The notes: a model not told the origin generated them from the letters alone. Counted from the first letter of the stretch, positions 40,241 to 50,618 are shown. The stretch is DNA of 64,000 bases from Candidatus Hydrogenedentota bacterium (GCA_035450225.1 DAOTMJ010000027.1:2631-66630), one strand, 5' to 3'. Program-made: numbers and translations.

Positions 40241-41187
40241 TTTTCCGAATGCTCCATGGAACCGCTTTCGTTTCCGTTGCCGGCCACGCCACCGCGCGCG
40301 CACACACGGCGTTGCGCCGTCCTGCTTTGCAATGGCGCCGGATGGCAGCCGTCCGGCCGCTCATCAAGCAATACTATACTATACAATAAACGCCGGCGGT
40401 TGGGTATCAGAAAAATCCTGATACCTGGACTTTGTGCATGACCGATGAGGATACCCGTCAAATGAGGTCGTACACCGGACCGGTGAGTCCTGTAGGGATG
40501 GTTTGAGAAGATCCGGAAGAAAGCCAAAAGACCGTCCCTCCGGGATTTCGTGCCGAACGCCGTCTCATTCGACCGATTCTGAAAAAAGTATAAACGCCTT
40601 GAGGCTACCGTGTTCTCGAAGTCGTGAACGTCTCAGAATGTAACGCCGATTTCCAAATCGGCTTGCTGAAATACAAAATGCCGATCGGCATCTTGCCGCT
40701 TTCAGGCGTGTTGGCGAGTCTGAACCCGTTATGAGCCCGAAATTCTCACCACAAAGAATGCATGGATCGCGTGGAAGCCTCGCGATGGCCCAAGACCCCT
40801 GCGTGTTGCGCGCGGTATCAGAAGGGATGATGTGACGAACCATCCGTCACGAACAGAAGCCCCTTTTCCACGCGCGTAATTCGTTCATTCGTACACTTTT
40901 GTGATCCTTGCGATCCTTGCGGTTGTGAGAGATTCGGATTAGGCGCGCGGTTTTGCGGATTTGTCCGGACAGTGGTACTATCGTTGCGATCATGACATTC
41001 CGGCAAGTGGGCGGAATGGAACATCGTTCACATCGAGACAGTGGTCCTTGACGGGGCCGCAAACGGTATCCCGTGCCGGTGGGCGCAGGTGTTATCGCCG
41101 CGCACGACGGGGATTTTGCGGAGTCGGGCGCCTGTCCGCCCGGTGAAAAGGCGTATGTGCGCGTGGCGGCCTGCCCCCTCGCTCGCG
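40241..41187. other. ~950-bp non-coding, hairpin-rich region (candidate structured RNA / long leader)
   Basis: No credible ORF on either strand. Several perfect stem-loops: GGTATCAG-N7-CTGATACC (~40400), CCGATTTCCAAATCGG, ATGCCGATCGGCAT plus GCGGCATCTTGCCGC, and GTGACG-N7-CGTCAC (~40830). Confidence 0.4.
40675..40699. repeat. Family B-related hairpin (ATGCCGATCGGCAT-CTTGCCGC)
   Basis: Inverted orientation of the GCGGCAAGATGCC core, in the long non-coding region. Confidence 0.45.
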
Positions 41188-42516
41188 ATGGGTCCGAAAA
41201 TGGATAGACTCTTGAGGATTTTTAGCGCGTTATTGGCAATGGGCCTGCTGGCGTTGGCGGTCGGCTGCGGCTGCGGCGTATCGAAGGACGCGAACGTAAT
41301 CCGCGTGACGCGGAACATCGGCGGGCGCGAGGGGTTTCGCCGGCATTTCGACGGGTGGAAGGCGGCCTTTGAGAAGAAGAACCCCGGCTGGATCATGGAA
41401 TTGATCGATCTCGGCAACATGGAAGGAACGGAATATTATAAATCCCGCATTGCGACGGACGATCTGCCGGAAATCGTCATGACGTGGGAAATGACGAATT
41501 TCCTCGCCGACGGCGGGCACCTGGTTCCCCTTCCCGACAGTTATTACGAAAAGTTCGGCATCGCCTTGCCCGCCGCGTACAAGGGCAAACGGTACAACAC
41601 GCAGTGCGGCCTCCAATTGCAAGGCATCGTCGTCAATAAAAAGATGTGGGACGACATCGGCGTGACGGAACCGCCCGCGACGTGGGATGCGTGGTTCGCC
41701 GCGTTCGACCAACTCAGGGCGAAGGGTTATAAGCCGCTGGTGTTCGGCGGGCGCGAATGGCCGGCCTCGATGCCGCTGTTCTACGCCATCGCGTCGGATC
41801 TGTACGATCGCGCCACGACGCCGGAAGCCGGGACGCCGTCGTGGACGATTCGCCGCGACAAGGGGGAAATCTCGTTTGCAACGGACCCGATCATGCCGAA
41901 GATCATGGAGACAATGATCCGGCTCGTCGAAAAGTACGTTGACAAGGGCGCGCTCAGCGACGGGTACAACGAGGAGCAGCGCGCGTTCTACGGCGGCAAG
42001 GGCGCGACGTGGATGATGGGTTGCTGGATGGCCGGCGACATCGAGCCGAACAAGGTGGATTTCGACATGGCGTACTGGCCCGTGCCGTCGCTTGTCGGAC
42101 GGCCTCCGGTCTTCATACGGACATCCGGCATGCAATCGGGGTGGGCCGTCACGACCTCCGCGACGGGCGAAAAACTCGAAAAGGCCATGTCCGCCATGGA
42201 ACTGTTCTACGATCCGGAGGTCTACCAGTTGTTCCTGGACGGCGAGTGCCAGTTCGCCGAGGCCGCCAAAGTGCCCGTCAAGGGACCGAGGAGCGATTGG
42301 CCCCCCGCGCAGCGTCTCATTGACGACATGCAGGCGAACCTGAACAAGTATGGCACGACGCTGGGATACCATGTCGCGCTCGACGATTTGCCCCCGCCCA
42401 CCATGACGCTTATCCTGGCAAGGATCATGCAGGAAATCGTCGCCGGCGAACGCGACGTCAATAAGTTGCTCAAGGCGCTCGACGCCGAATGGGACAGCGC
42501 CCGAAAAGGGACGTGA
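41188..42516 (+). CDS. ABC transporter substrate-binding lipoprotein (sugar-type, SBP family 1)
   Basis: Lipobox LALAVGC. Length and composition typical of carbohydrate SBPs (KGYKPLVFGGREWPASMP...). Confidence 0.75.
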   Translation: MGPKMDRLLRIFSALLAMGLLALAVGCGCGVSKDANVIRVTRNIGGREGFRRHFDGWKAAFEKKNPGWIMELIDLGNMEGTEYYKSRIATDDLPEIVMTWEMTNFLADGGHLVPLPDSYYEKFGIALPAAYKGKRYNTQCGLQLQGIVVNKKMWDDIGVTEPPATWDAWFAAFDQLRAKGYKPLVFGGREWPASMPLFYAIASDLYDRATTPEAGTPSWTIRRDKGEISFATDPIMPKIMETMIRLVEKYVDKGALSDGYNEEQRAFYGGKGATWMMGCWMAGDIEPNKVDFDMAYWPVPSLVGRPPVFIRTSGMQSGWAVTTSATGEKLEKAMSAMELFYDPEVYQLFLDGECQFAEAAKVPVKGPRSDWPPAQRLIDDMQANLNKYGTTLGYHVALDDLPPPTMTLILARIMQEIVAGERDVNKLLKALDAEWDSARKGT

Positions 42517-42583
42517 AGACCCGCGCGCGTTTCGCCATCGGCACGGCGTGCTGCGGGTTGCCGTTCCCGTTATCCGTGGCGAA

Positions 42584-44317
42584 TCAGGAGCCGAAATAGG
42601 TCCGGAGCGCATCCACGTAGGCTTCGGCGAATGTCTGCCGCCACGAGGGATCCGCCAAGTTTTTCCGGTCAATTTCGTTGGTGATGTTGGCGGATTCGAT
42701 GAGGATTTTGGTCGGGATTTGGGTATTGCGCAACACGGCGGGCACGTAAACGCGCCCTCCGTCCTGCCGGATTTGTGAACGGATCCAATCGCCTTCCAGG
42801 TGGCGGCGGATGCGTTTCTTGCCCAGGGACTCCATGACGTCCTCGGCGAGATTGCGCGACAAGGCCTCGTCGCGCCGGCGTTCCGCCGCGCTGAAGGTCA
42901 CGGCGCGGCATTCCCGTGCCTCCCTGAAGCGATCGTAAATGCCGCCGCCGGGTTCCTCGCGCGGGCGGCGGTAATTCGCGCCGGGCAGGTAGATCATCGT
43001 CCCGCGCAGGCGTCCGTCGAACAGGGCGTCGGTATGAAAACTCGTGAAGATCATTTTGCGGGGTTCGACGCCTTTTGCGGTTTCGGCGCGAAAGATGGCG
43101 TTTGCAAGGTACCAGCGCAAATTCGCCGAAATTTTCGCGTCCTCGTTTTCATAATGGGGAGTCGTCAACACCACCACGCGATTGTCGGGCGAGAACCGCC
43201 GCGCGTCGCTTGTCGCATAGCCGCGTTTCAAATCCTTCGTGGTGACGTACACTTTCGCTTGCGTTTTTGTTTCCAGTAATTGTTTCACGCGGCACACGAT
43301 GTCATAGTTGATGGCGTATTCGTATAATCCGGAGGCGGCATGTTCGGCGCCGCGGTCGCGTCCGCCGTGTCCGGCATCCAGCACGACCACGACGCCCTGA
43401 AGGTCCTTCGAACGCAGGCGGTCCTTGCGCAGCCGCTTCGCTTCGACGATGGTCTCGTCGTATTCCTGGCGGTCCTTGTCTCCCCGGGGCTTGTAGCGGT
43501 TGGACAACATGTCGAGGGGAATCAGAATTTTCTGGCCGGCCTGCATGTCGCGCACATCCTTGATGCCGCTGCGGCGTTGGATGACGTCGCAGGCTTCCAA
43601 GACGGCGTTATGGCCCTGGATATCCGTGAAGCGCACGACGACGGCCGTATACAGCGCCTCGCCGGACTTCAGGCGATAGACGGCATAGGGTCCTTGGGCA
43701 TCCGAACCGTAGGTAAGTTCCGCGGCCAGCGCGTCCAGGTTTGCGGGCGCCTCTTCGGACGCCCGGGCCGTGTCGCCGGTGGTTCCGGCGGATTTTGCGT
43801 CGGCTTGCGCCTTCATTACGTCGAGCAGCAGTTCGGCGGGAATCAAAACACGTTGCCCCTTTTCCAGCACGGTGTTCGCCGCGTGATTGCGCTTGTCCGC
43901 CATGACCACGCGATAATTCGTGCCTTTGCCCGTCACCCATTCGCACAGCGCCCAGAGTGATTCTTGGCCCTCGCGCCCTTCGCACAACACCGTATGCCAC
44001 CAGCCCGTTTCGTCCACGGTGTCCTGCCTGAAAATGGACAACAGAACCTTCCGCCGCGTTTCCCCGTTCAACTGATCGAAACGAAGAGCAACCGCCACGC
44101 GGTCCTTGTATCGTTGCGCATCCTGCGGATTGGAAAGGTATCGGGCGAAAAAGGCCGCCGGATCCGCGCCTTTCGGCGGACGGCATTCGGCAAACAATTG
44201 ACGGCCATCGCGCAACACGCCCACCAAGCCCGGTTCGACCGGCGCGTAGACAGGTTCGCCCCCGTGCGCTTCCACCGCGCACAACGCCACGACCAGACAA
44301 AAAGCGTATACCCGCAC
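42584..44317 (-). CDS. N-acetylmuramoyl-L-alanine amidase (Amidase_3) with LysM-like repeats
   Basis: VVVLDAGHGGRDRGA amidase_3 signature. Two LysM-like blocks (GQRVLIPAELL; GQKILIPLDML). GTG start 44317 has an AGAGGGAG RBS; the longer ORF to 44680 is Arg-rich and probably not translated. Confidence 0.75.
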   Translation of the reverse strand: MRVYAFCLVVALCAVEAHGGEPVYAPVEPGLVGVLRDGRQLFAECRPPKGADPAAFFARYLSNPQDAQRYKDRVAVALRFDQLNGETRRKVLLSIFRQDTVDETGWWHTVLCEGREGQESLWALCEWVTGKGTNYRVVMADKRNHAANTVLEKGQRVLIPAELLLDVMKAQADAKSAGTTGDTARASEEAPANLDALAAELTYGSDAQGPYAVYRLKSGEALYTAVVVRFTDIQGHNAVLEACDVIQRRSGIKDVRDMQAGQKILIPLDMLSNRYKPRGDKDRQEYDETIVEAKRLRKDRLRSKDLQGVVVVLDAGHGGRDRGAEHAASGLYEYAINYDIVCRVKQLLETKTQAKVYVTTKDLKRGYATSDARRFSPDNRVVVLTTPHYENEDAKISANLRWYLANAIFRAETAKGVEPRKMIFTSFHTDALFDGRLRGTMIYLPGANYRRPREEPGGGIYDRFREARECRAVTFSAAERRRDEALSRNLAEDVMESLGKKRIRRHLEGDWIRSQIRQDGGRVYVPAVLRNTQIPTKILIESANITNEIDRKNLADPSWRQTFAEAYVDALRTYFGS

Positions 44318-44413
44318 AAAAGGCTCCCTCTTATCCTTTACAACGATGGATTGTAGCCTATTATTTTTTGGAACACAACAGGTTGTATGTGGCCCCGGAT
44401 TGGATTGTAAAGA

Positions 44414-44437
44414 ACGCGGCAAGATGCCGCGTCTACG
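44414..44437. repeat. REP-like hairpin element, family B (ACGCGGCAAGATGCCGCGTCTACG)
   Basis: Same 24-mer as at 34576; intergenic between the amidase gene and ORF 44541. Confidence 0.7.
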
Positions 44438-44540
44438 GCGCCGACATTTTCTTGATGGAAAAACAGGAGACAAGGCATGACACAGACGACACGGTGTTTC
44501 GTCCAATCGTCGCCGCAGGGGCGAGAAATGCGTGCGTCCG

Positions 44541-45572
44541 CTACGGATTTGATTTGCCGGACGCGGTTTTCCAATCCTCGAGGGACCATGGTTCCACAAT
44601 CGGCAGCCGGCCTTCCTCGATGGCCGCGCGGCAGGCGTCCATCCATGCGCGGGCTTCCTCTTTTCCCCGCGCCCTGGCAAGGCCTTCGTAAAGCGCGGGT
44701 AATTCGGCCGGTGCGATGCGGAACGATTTGCCGCCCCAGTCCCACGTCGTCGAAGCGATGCGATGGACCAGCCGGGCGGGCGTAAGGTGGCGCGCGAGAC
44801 GGCGGCATGCGATGAGTTTCAGTTTCAGGGGACCGGGGGAGGGCGGTGTCACCACGAAATCGCCCGAAGCCACCTGGGGCATGTCCATACCGTCGCGGCG
44901 TTCGGCGTCATAGGTGCGCGCGATGATTTCCACCATCCTGGCCTTCAATTCCTCCGTTTGCGCGAGGGTGAAGGTGTGTGGTTTGGCGACGTTGATGAAG
45001 AATTGGAGGTCGCGGTTGACGCCCAATTCGTGATACCCGGAAAGCCATTGCGTGAGATAGGCGTACACTTCGCGCCCGCGATCCTTGCGGTGGTGCCGGT
45101 CCGGCAGGAAGATGGGGCCGCCGCGGAACGGGCGCACAATCCAGTTCGGCGCGCGTTCATGCAGCAGGCGCAGGTTGGCGTGTTCCGCGCGGGCCACGTC
45201 GCTGTATGCGCCCTCGTGCTTGGCCACGACGAATCCAAACACGAACCGTTTCCGTTTCGCGTTGAACGCCTGCAGCCGGAAAATCAACTGATATTTCCCC
45301 TCCTGAAACAACTCGAATACGAGCGAGGTCACCGCCGAGGGGCCCATCACGTCCTGGATAGTGGGAAGGATGAAGCGGTCCGGGCCACGCAAGGACCATT
45401 CCGTCGCGCTGGCCAGCGTTTCCAGTTTGTAAAACCGCTGGATTTCACGGCCCCAGAAATCCAGCATCGGCACAAGATTCAACCACTGAATCCGCGGACC
45501 GGCCGCGTCGTGGATTCCGCCGCGTATCCGGCGAGCGTCCGGCGCTTTCTTTCTTTTGGACATAGGCAGCAT
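44541..45572 (-). CDS. Hypothetical protein (343 aa)
   Basis: Long ORF with balanced composition; no recognisable motif. Confidence 0.4.
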   Translation of the reverse strand: MLPMSKRKKAPDARRIRGGIHDAAGPRIQWLNLVPMLDFWGREIQRFYKLETLASATEWSLRGPDRFILPTIQDVMGPSAVTSLVFELFQEGKYQLIFRLQAFNAKRKRFVFGFVVAKHEGAYSDVARAEHANLRLLHERAPNWIVRPFRGGPIFLPDRHHRKDRGREVYAYLTQWLSGYHELGVNRDLQFFINVAKPHTFTLAQTEELKARMVEIIARTYDAERRDGMDMPQVASGDFVVTPPSPGPLKLKLIACRRLARHLTPARLVHRIASTTWDWGGKSFRIAPAELPALYEGLARARGKEEARAWMDACRAAIEEGRLPIVEPWSLEDWKTASGKSNP

Positions 45573-45677
45573 TCCTGAATCGGTTGTTGGCCGCGGTCAT
45601 TGTACAGGAAACGGCTTCTCCATTCCTTGTTTCGCGCGATGCGCGGGTGATAGCATAACGATGGGCATGAACACTAC

Positions 45678-47177
45678 GTGGAGGCTTTTCCGATGAATCG
45701 TTATGTCGCTTTGGCCGTGCTGGTTGCGGGATGGATAGGTATCGTTTCGGGCGCCGCGGCGCGCGGGGATCTCGGCGGCGGATTGTTGGGCAATCTGCCG
45801 CTGCTGAAGGATTTCACGGCGGCCCGCCAATCGAGTTTCGATCCGTCGGGCGGAAACGCCGACGGGCGCCAAGACTGGCCCATTCAGCCGGGCGAAACGC
45901 GGCCGATGGCCCTTATCGAAGGAGCGGGCGCAATTACGCACATTTGGGTGACGATCGCATCGGACGATCCGAGGCACCTTAAAAACCTCGTTCTGCGGAT
46001 GTATTGGGACGGCGAGGAGCATCCGTCGGTCGAGTCGCCAATCGGCGACTTTTTCGGGCTGGGCCACGGCAAATATTACCAGTACGACTGCCTGCCGATT
46101 CAGATTGGAACGAGCCATGCCCTGAATTGTTTCTGGCGGATGCCCTTCGCGAATGGGGCGCGGGTGACGGTGACGAACGACGGCCCGGTCGCGTGCGGCG
46201 CATTTTACTATTACGTGGACTACGAGCAATACAAGAGGCCGATGGCGGACGCCGCCTGTTTCCATGCGCAATACCGGCAGGAATACCCCTGCACGCCGGG
46301 CCAGAACTACCTGTTGGTGGAAGCGAAAGGGCGCGGGCATTACGTGGGCTGCAACCTTTCGATCCACAACCGCGCGGACGGATGGTGGGGCGAGGGGGAC
46401 GACATGATCTATGTGGACGGCAGCGAGAAGCCCGCCCTGCACGGCACGGGATCCGAGGATTACTTCTGCGGCGCGTGGTGTTACGGCCCCGCGTTCAGCA
46501 ACCCGTATTTCGGCTGCCCGCTACGCGGGGAACACGCGCGCAACGCGTTGTGGAACGTCTACCGCTATCACCTGGCCGATCCCGTTCCGTTCACGACCGA
46601 TATTCGTGTGACCATCGAACACGGCCATGCAAACGATCGAAACGACGACTTCTCGTCGGTCGCGTATTGGTACCAGACCGAGCCGCATGTGCCGTTCCCG
46701 CCGCTGCCGGCCCCGGATGAACGGCTGCCGGGCGAGGCGACGGTACACGGCGAGGCCGGCGCCACGGAAGCGGAGGAACTGGCAACCGCAATCGGCGCGG
46801 AAGAGGTGGTTGTGCAGCCGATGGGCGGTTACGGCGGGGAGTGGAGCAACGGCAGCCATCTCTGGTTCCGCCCGGACGCGCCGAAGAACTACGCCATCCC
46901 GGTCCCTCCGGCCGGGGAATCCGACGCAGGCGCCTACAAGGTCGAACTTTGGTACACGGGAGCGCCGGATTACGGGACGTGCGAACTGTGGGTGAACGGC
47001 GAAAAGGCGGCGGCGTGGGACGGCTACGACGCGGGCGGCGTCGTGCGGCGCAAGATCGAATTTCCGATCACGCTCAAAGCCGGCGCGAACACGATGGAAT
47101 TACGCATTACCGGCAAGAATGACGCGTCACAAGGCTTCATGGCCGGCCTTGATTGTTATCGCATCTCGCGCATGTAA
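45678..47177 (+). CDS. DUF2961 / glycoside hydrolase family 172-like protein, secreted
   Basis: Signal peptide. YVDGSEKP...GTGSEDYF block recalled as characteristic of DUF2961 (GH172). Confidence 0.6.
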   Translation: MEAFPMNRYVALAVLVAGWIGIVSGAAARGDLGGGLLGNLPLLKDFTAARQSSFDPSGGNADGRQDWPIQPGETRPMALIEGAGAITHIWVTIASDDPRHLKNLVLRMYWDGEEHPSVESPIGDFFGLGHGKYYQYDCLPIQIGTSHALNCFWRMPFANGARVTVTNDGPVACGAFYYYVDYEQYKRPMADAACFHAQYRQEYPCTPGQNYLLVEAKGRGHYVGCNLSIHNRADGWWGEGDDMIYVDGSEKPALHGTGSEDYFCGAWCYGPAFSNPYFGCPLRGEHARNALWNVYRYHLADPVPFTTDIRVTIEHGHANDRNDDFSSVAYWYQTEPHVPFPPLPAPDERLPGEATVHGEAGATEAEELATAIGAEEVVVQPMGGYGGEWSNGSHLWFRPDAPKNYAIPVPPAGESDAGAYKVELWYTGAPDYGTCELWVNGEKAAAWDGYDAGGVVRRKIEFPITLKAGANTMELRITGKNDASQGFMAGLDCYRISRM

Positions 47178-47202
47178 CGGCAAAAGACGGGAGGGTTGCG
47201 AA

Positions 47203-47763
47203 ATGCCGATGCCGATCAAAATCCAGGAAACGGATTTTCCGGGTGTGTTGTTCATCGAGACGGGATGTTTCCACGACGAACGTGGTTTTTTTTCCGAAAC
47301 GTATTCAGCCGTCATCTGGCGCGAGGCCGGTTTCGCCGAACGCTTCGTGCAGGACAACCTGAGCCTGTCCGTCAAGGGGACCATGCGCGGACTGCATTAT
47401 CAGTTGGAACCGCACGGCATGGGAAAACTCGTTCGGGCGATCAAAGGCGCGGTATACGATGTCGGCGTGGACTTGCGCAGGGGATCGCCCACGTTCGGCC
47501 GTCATTTCGCCGCCACGCTGAAGGAAGGCGACAACCGCTGGCTGTGGCTGCCGTCCGGGTTCGCGCACGGGTTCGTGGCGCTGGAAGACGACACGATGGT
47601 CTACTACAAATGCAGCGGCATGCACGCCCCGGAGGCGGAGCGCGCCCTGCGATACAACGATCCGGCGCTGGGCATCGCGTGGCCCCTCGCGCCGACGGTC
47701 GTGTCGAACAAGGACGCGCAGGCGCCCCTGTTCGCGGATGCAGAATACAATTTCACGTTCTGA
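47203..47763 (+). CDS. rmlC: dTDP-4-dehydrorhamnose 3,5-epimerase
   Basis: GVLFIE, DERGFF, RGLHYQ and WLP.GFAHGF blocks. GGGAGGG RBS before ATG 47203. Confidence 0.9.
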   Translation: MPMPIKIQETDFPGVLFIETGCFHDERGFFSETYSAVIWREAGFAERFVQDNLSLSVKGTMRGLHYQLEPHGMGKLVRAIKGAVYDVGVDLRRGSPTFGRHFAATLKEGDNRWLWLPSGFAHGFVALEDDTMVYYKCSGMHAPEAERALRYNDPALGIAWPLAPTVVSNKDAQAPLFADAEYNFTF

Positions 47764-47794
47764 AACGGGAACGCTTCCCTGAAGGACGGCGAAA

Positions 47795-48934
47795 ATGAAT
47801 TTGAGACGCTTTGTCTGGCGAAACGCGTTGCGCAACAAGCGGCGCACGGCGCTGACGATGCTGAGCATCGGCTTCTCGCTGTTTCTTTTGATGATCCTCC
47901 TCACCTTCATGGGGATGCTGTTGAACCCGGTGATTGAAGACGACTCCGCGCTGCGCCTGCTGACGATCCGCACCACGTCGCTCGCGGACATGATGCCGAT
48001 TTCGTATCTGGACAAAATCAAGCGCGTTCCGAACGTGACCCATGCCGCGCCGCTCCAATGGTTCAACGGCACATACCGCGATCCCAATTACCAGTTCGCC
48101 AATTTCGCGACGGATCCCAAGGCCATTTGGGAAATCTATTCCGAACAGAAAATCGCGCCCGAACAGGTCGCGGCATTCATCGCGGATCGCACCGCCGCCG
48201 TCGCGGGCGAGGATCTGATGCGGCGGTACGGATGGAAGATCGGCGACCGGTTCACGTTGAACGGCAACATCTTTCCGGTGGACCTCGATCTGAAAATCGT
48301 GGGATCGTTTACCGCGCCCATCACCCAGAACATGCTGTATTTTCATTACGACTACTTCAACGAGGCCATGGGCGGCCTCAACCAAGCGGGATCCTACGTC
48401 ATTAAGGTGGCGGACGCGGCCTCGGTGCCGCTCGTGAGCGAGGCCATTGACGCCATGTTTCGCAACACGCCCGCCGAAACGAGGACGCAAACCGAAAAGG
48501 CGTTCGTCCTCGGATTCGTCTCCATGCTCGGCAACATACAACTGATTATCCTGTCGGTCGCGGGCGTGGTGGTGTTCACGATGCTGCTGGTATCGGTGAG
48601 CACCATGGCGATGAGCGTGCGCGAACGGTTGCGCGAGGTGGCCATTCTGCGCACGATCGGCTTCTCGCGCTGGACCGTCATGGCGCTGGTCGTCGCGGAG
48701 GCGATCTTCGTCGCGCTGGCGGGCACGGGCATGGGCATCGCGCTGGGCGAATCGCTGCGATTGATCGATCTGGACCGGATCACCCAGGGTTTCATCCCCA
48801 AATTCGATCCAAGCCTGTCCGCGTATCTCTCGGTACTGGCCGCCGGCATTGCGATCGGCTTGATCTCCGGTCTTTTGCCCGGATGGCAAGCCACGAATAC
48901 CCCCATTACAAGCGCCATGCGGCAATTGGAATAA
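47795..48934 (+). CDS. ABC transporter permease, FtsX-like (MacB/LolC-type)
   Basis: N-terminal TM, large periplasmic loop, and three C-terminal TM helices typical of the FtsX family. Confidence 0.8.
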   Translation: MNLRRFVWRNALRNKRRTALTMLSIGFSLFLLMILLTFMGMLLNPVIEDDSALRLLTIRTTSLADMMPISYLDKIKRVPNVTHAAPLQWFNGTYRDPNYQFANFATDPKAIWEIYSEQKIAPEQVAAFIADRTAAVAGEDLMRRYGWKIGDRFTLNGNIFPVDLDLKIVGSFTAPITQNMLYFHYDYFNEAMGGLNQAGSYVIKVADAASVPLVSEAIDAMFRNTPAETRTQTEKAFVLGFVSMLGNIQLIILSVAGVVVFTMLLVSVSTMAMSVRERLREVAILRTIGFSRWTVMALVVAEAIFVALAGTGMGIALGESLRLIDLDRITQGFIPKFDPSLSAYLSVLAAGIAIGLISGLLPGWQATNTPITSAMRQLE

Positions 48935-49053
48935 ACAATGGAATAAACAATGGAAGAAATTCGGGAGTCAGTGGTTGGTGATGGGCGGTTGCTGGTCAGA
49001 AGTCAAGATGGCGATTTCCAACTCCCAACTCCTAACTCCTTGTCAAGGACAAC
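48935..49053. repeat. Short tandem repeats in inter-permease spacer (GGAATAAACAAT x2; CAACTCC x3)
   Basis: ggaataaacaatggaataaacaatgg and ccaactcccaactcctaactcc are seen directly. Confidence 0.5.
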
Positions 49054-50214
49054 ATGCTTATCCCCATCAAATACAACATCCGGTACTTGGCGGCGCGCTG
49101 GCGCGGCACGATGATTACCGCCGCGACATTCGCCCTCGTCGTGGCGACGTTCATCATCGTGATGTCGCTCGCACAAGGCATCGAACGCGCCCTGACCACG
49201 ACGGCCAATCCGCTCAACGTCATCATCATGCGGTCGGGCGTGCAGGCCGAGGGCCAGAGCGAGATCGGCATGGAACAATACCGGATCGCCCGTGGCGTGC
49301 CGGGCGTTGCCACGGACGAGAACGGCGACACCATCACCGCGCCCGAAATCCTTGCCATGGTGAACAAGCCGCGATACAACGGGAAAATGACCAACCTCCA
49401 GATACGCGGCGTCGAGCGGATGGCCTTCGTCCTGCGGCCGGACGTCCGAATCGTCGAGGGACGCATGTTTCGTCCGGGACTGCGCGAGGCCATCGTCGCC
49501 CGTACGATTTCCAACCGGTTCCAGGGCTTCCGATTGGGCGACACGCCCCGGCTCGGACGCGGCCATTTCACCATTGTCGGCATTTTCGACGCACGCGGCA
49601 CGGCCTACGATTCGGAAGTGTGGGCGGACGCCCGCGAAATCATGCAGGAATTCGACCGGGAACGGTACAGCACGGTGGTCGTCCGCGCACGCGACGAGGA
49701 CGCCGTCCAGCGCATCAAGGACTACGTTGACAAAGATCCCCGCCTGAAACTCATGGCGAAAGACGAGGCCGCCTACTACGCCGAACAGACCAAGACCGCC
49801 CGGCCCGTGCGCGCGTTCGCGATGTTCCTCGCGTTCACCATGGCCATTGGCGCGTGTTTCGCCGGCATGAACACGATGTACGCCAACGTTGCCAACCGCG
49901 TCCGCGAAATCGGCACGCTGCGCATCCTCGGATTCACCCCCGCGGCGGTGTTGGCCAGTTTTCTGATCGAATCCGTCTGCCTTGCGCTGATCGGCGGCGC
50001 CGTGGGCTGCATCGCCGCCCTGCCCATCAACGGACTCGCCACCGGCACGACCAACTTCGACTCCTTTACCGAGATCACCTTCCACTTCACCATCACCCCG
50101 CAACTGATGTTGCGAGGCATGGTCTTCGCCGCATTCATGGGTCTTTTCGGCGGATTCCTCCCCGCATGGTCCGCTTCCCGCCAGCCCGTCCTTGCCGCCC
50201 TCCGGCAGGTGTAG
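49054..50214 (+). CDS. ABC transporter permease, FtsX-like (second subunit)
   Basis: Same architecture as the preceding gene; probable heterodimeric partner. Confidence 0.8.
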   Translation: MLIPIKYNIRYLAARWRGTMITAATFALVVATFIIVMSLAQGIERALTTTANPLNVIIMRSGVQAEGQSEIGMEQYRIARGVPGVATDENGDTITAPEILAMVNKPRYNGKMTNLQIRGVERMAFVLRPDVRIVEGRMFRPGLREAIVARTISNRFQGFRLGDTPRLGRGHFTIVGIFDARGTAYDSEVWADAREIMQEFDRERYSTVVVRARDEDAVQRIKDYVDKDPRLKLMAKDEAAYYAEQTKTARPVRAFAMFLAFTMAIGACFAGMNTMYANVANRVREIGTLRILGFTPAAVLASFLIESVCLALIGGAVGCIAALPINGLATGTTNFDSFTEITFHFTITPQLMLRGMVFAAFMGLFGGFLPAWSASRQPVLAALRQV

Positions 50215-50270
50215 CGACCGCTGGTTCGACAAAAGGCCTCGCGTCCTTCTGTCACATTCCTGAACGTGTG

Positions 50271-50341
50271 CGAAAAAGGCGTGGGACAGGCTGTCGAGCC
50301 TGTCCGCAAAAAAGGCGTGGGACAGGTTGTCCAGCCTGTCC
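50271..50341. repeat. Tandem pair of family A hairpin units (AAAAAGGCGTGGGACAGGYTGTC[GA/CC]AGCCTGTCC x2)
   Basis: Two ~35-nt units at 50271-50305 and 50308-50341. Same palindrome as at 47-67. Confidence 0.7.
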
Positions 50342-50424
50342 GGCGGCGCACGTTTCCCCGGAGGATTCCGCGTCTGTGGTAATGGTAGAAGAGTCTTCCA
50401 GACTCTTGTGCTTCGCCACCGGGA

Positions 50425-50448
50425 TGCGGCAAGGATGCCGCGTCTACG
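50425..50448. repeat. REP-like hairpin element, family B (TGCGGCAAGGATGCCGCGTCTACG)
   Basis: Variant copy inside the permease-to-adaptor intergenic island. Adjacent to another perfect hairpin, AAGAGTCT-TCC-AGACTCTT (50391-50411). Confidence 0.65.
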
Positions 50449-50618
50449 TTTGAACGAACGCGCCATGCTGAAAAACGCGGACGGTCTTCACCCGCCAAGC
50501 GGCATTTGCGTGTAACGGCCTTCGGTAATTCTTCGGGTATGAAGTCTATACATGCACACGTCCAACAGTGTAGAGTACTGCGTGTTGGTGGGAGTGGTCG
50601 AAGAAGTGAAGGTGTTTG

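Noticed and set aside
41230-42672. 480-aa minus-strand ORF opposite the substrate-binding protein gene
   Set aside because: Shadow ORF. The plus strand encodes a lipobox-bearing SBP.
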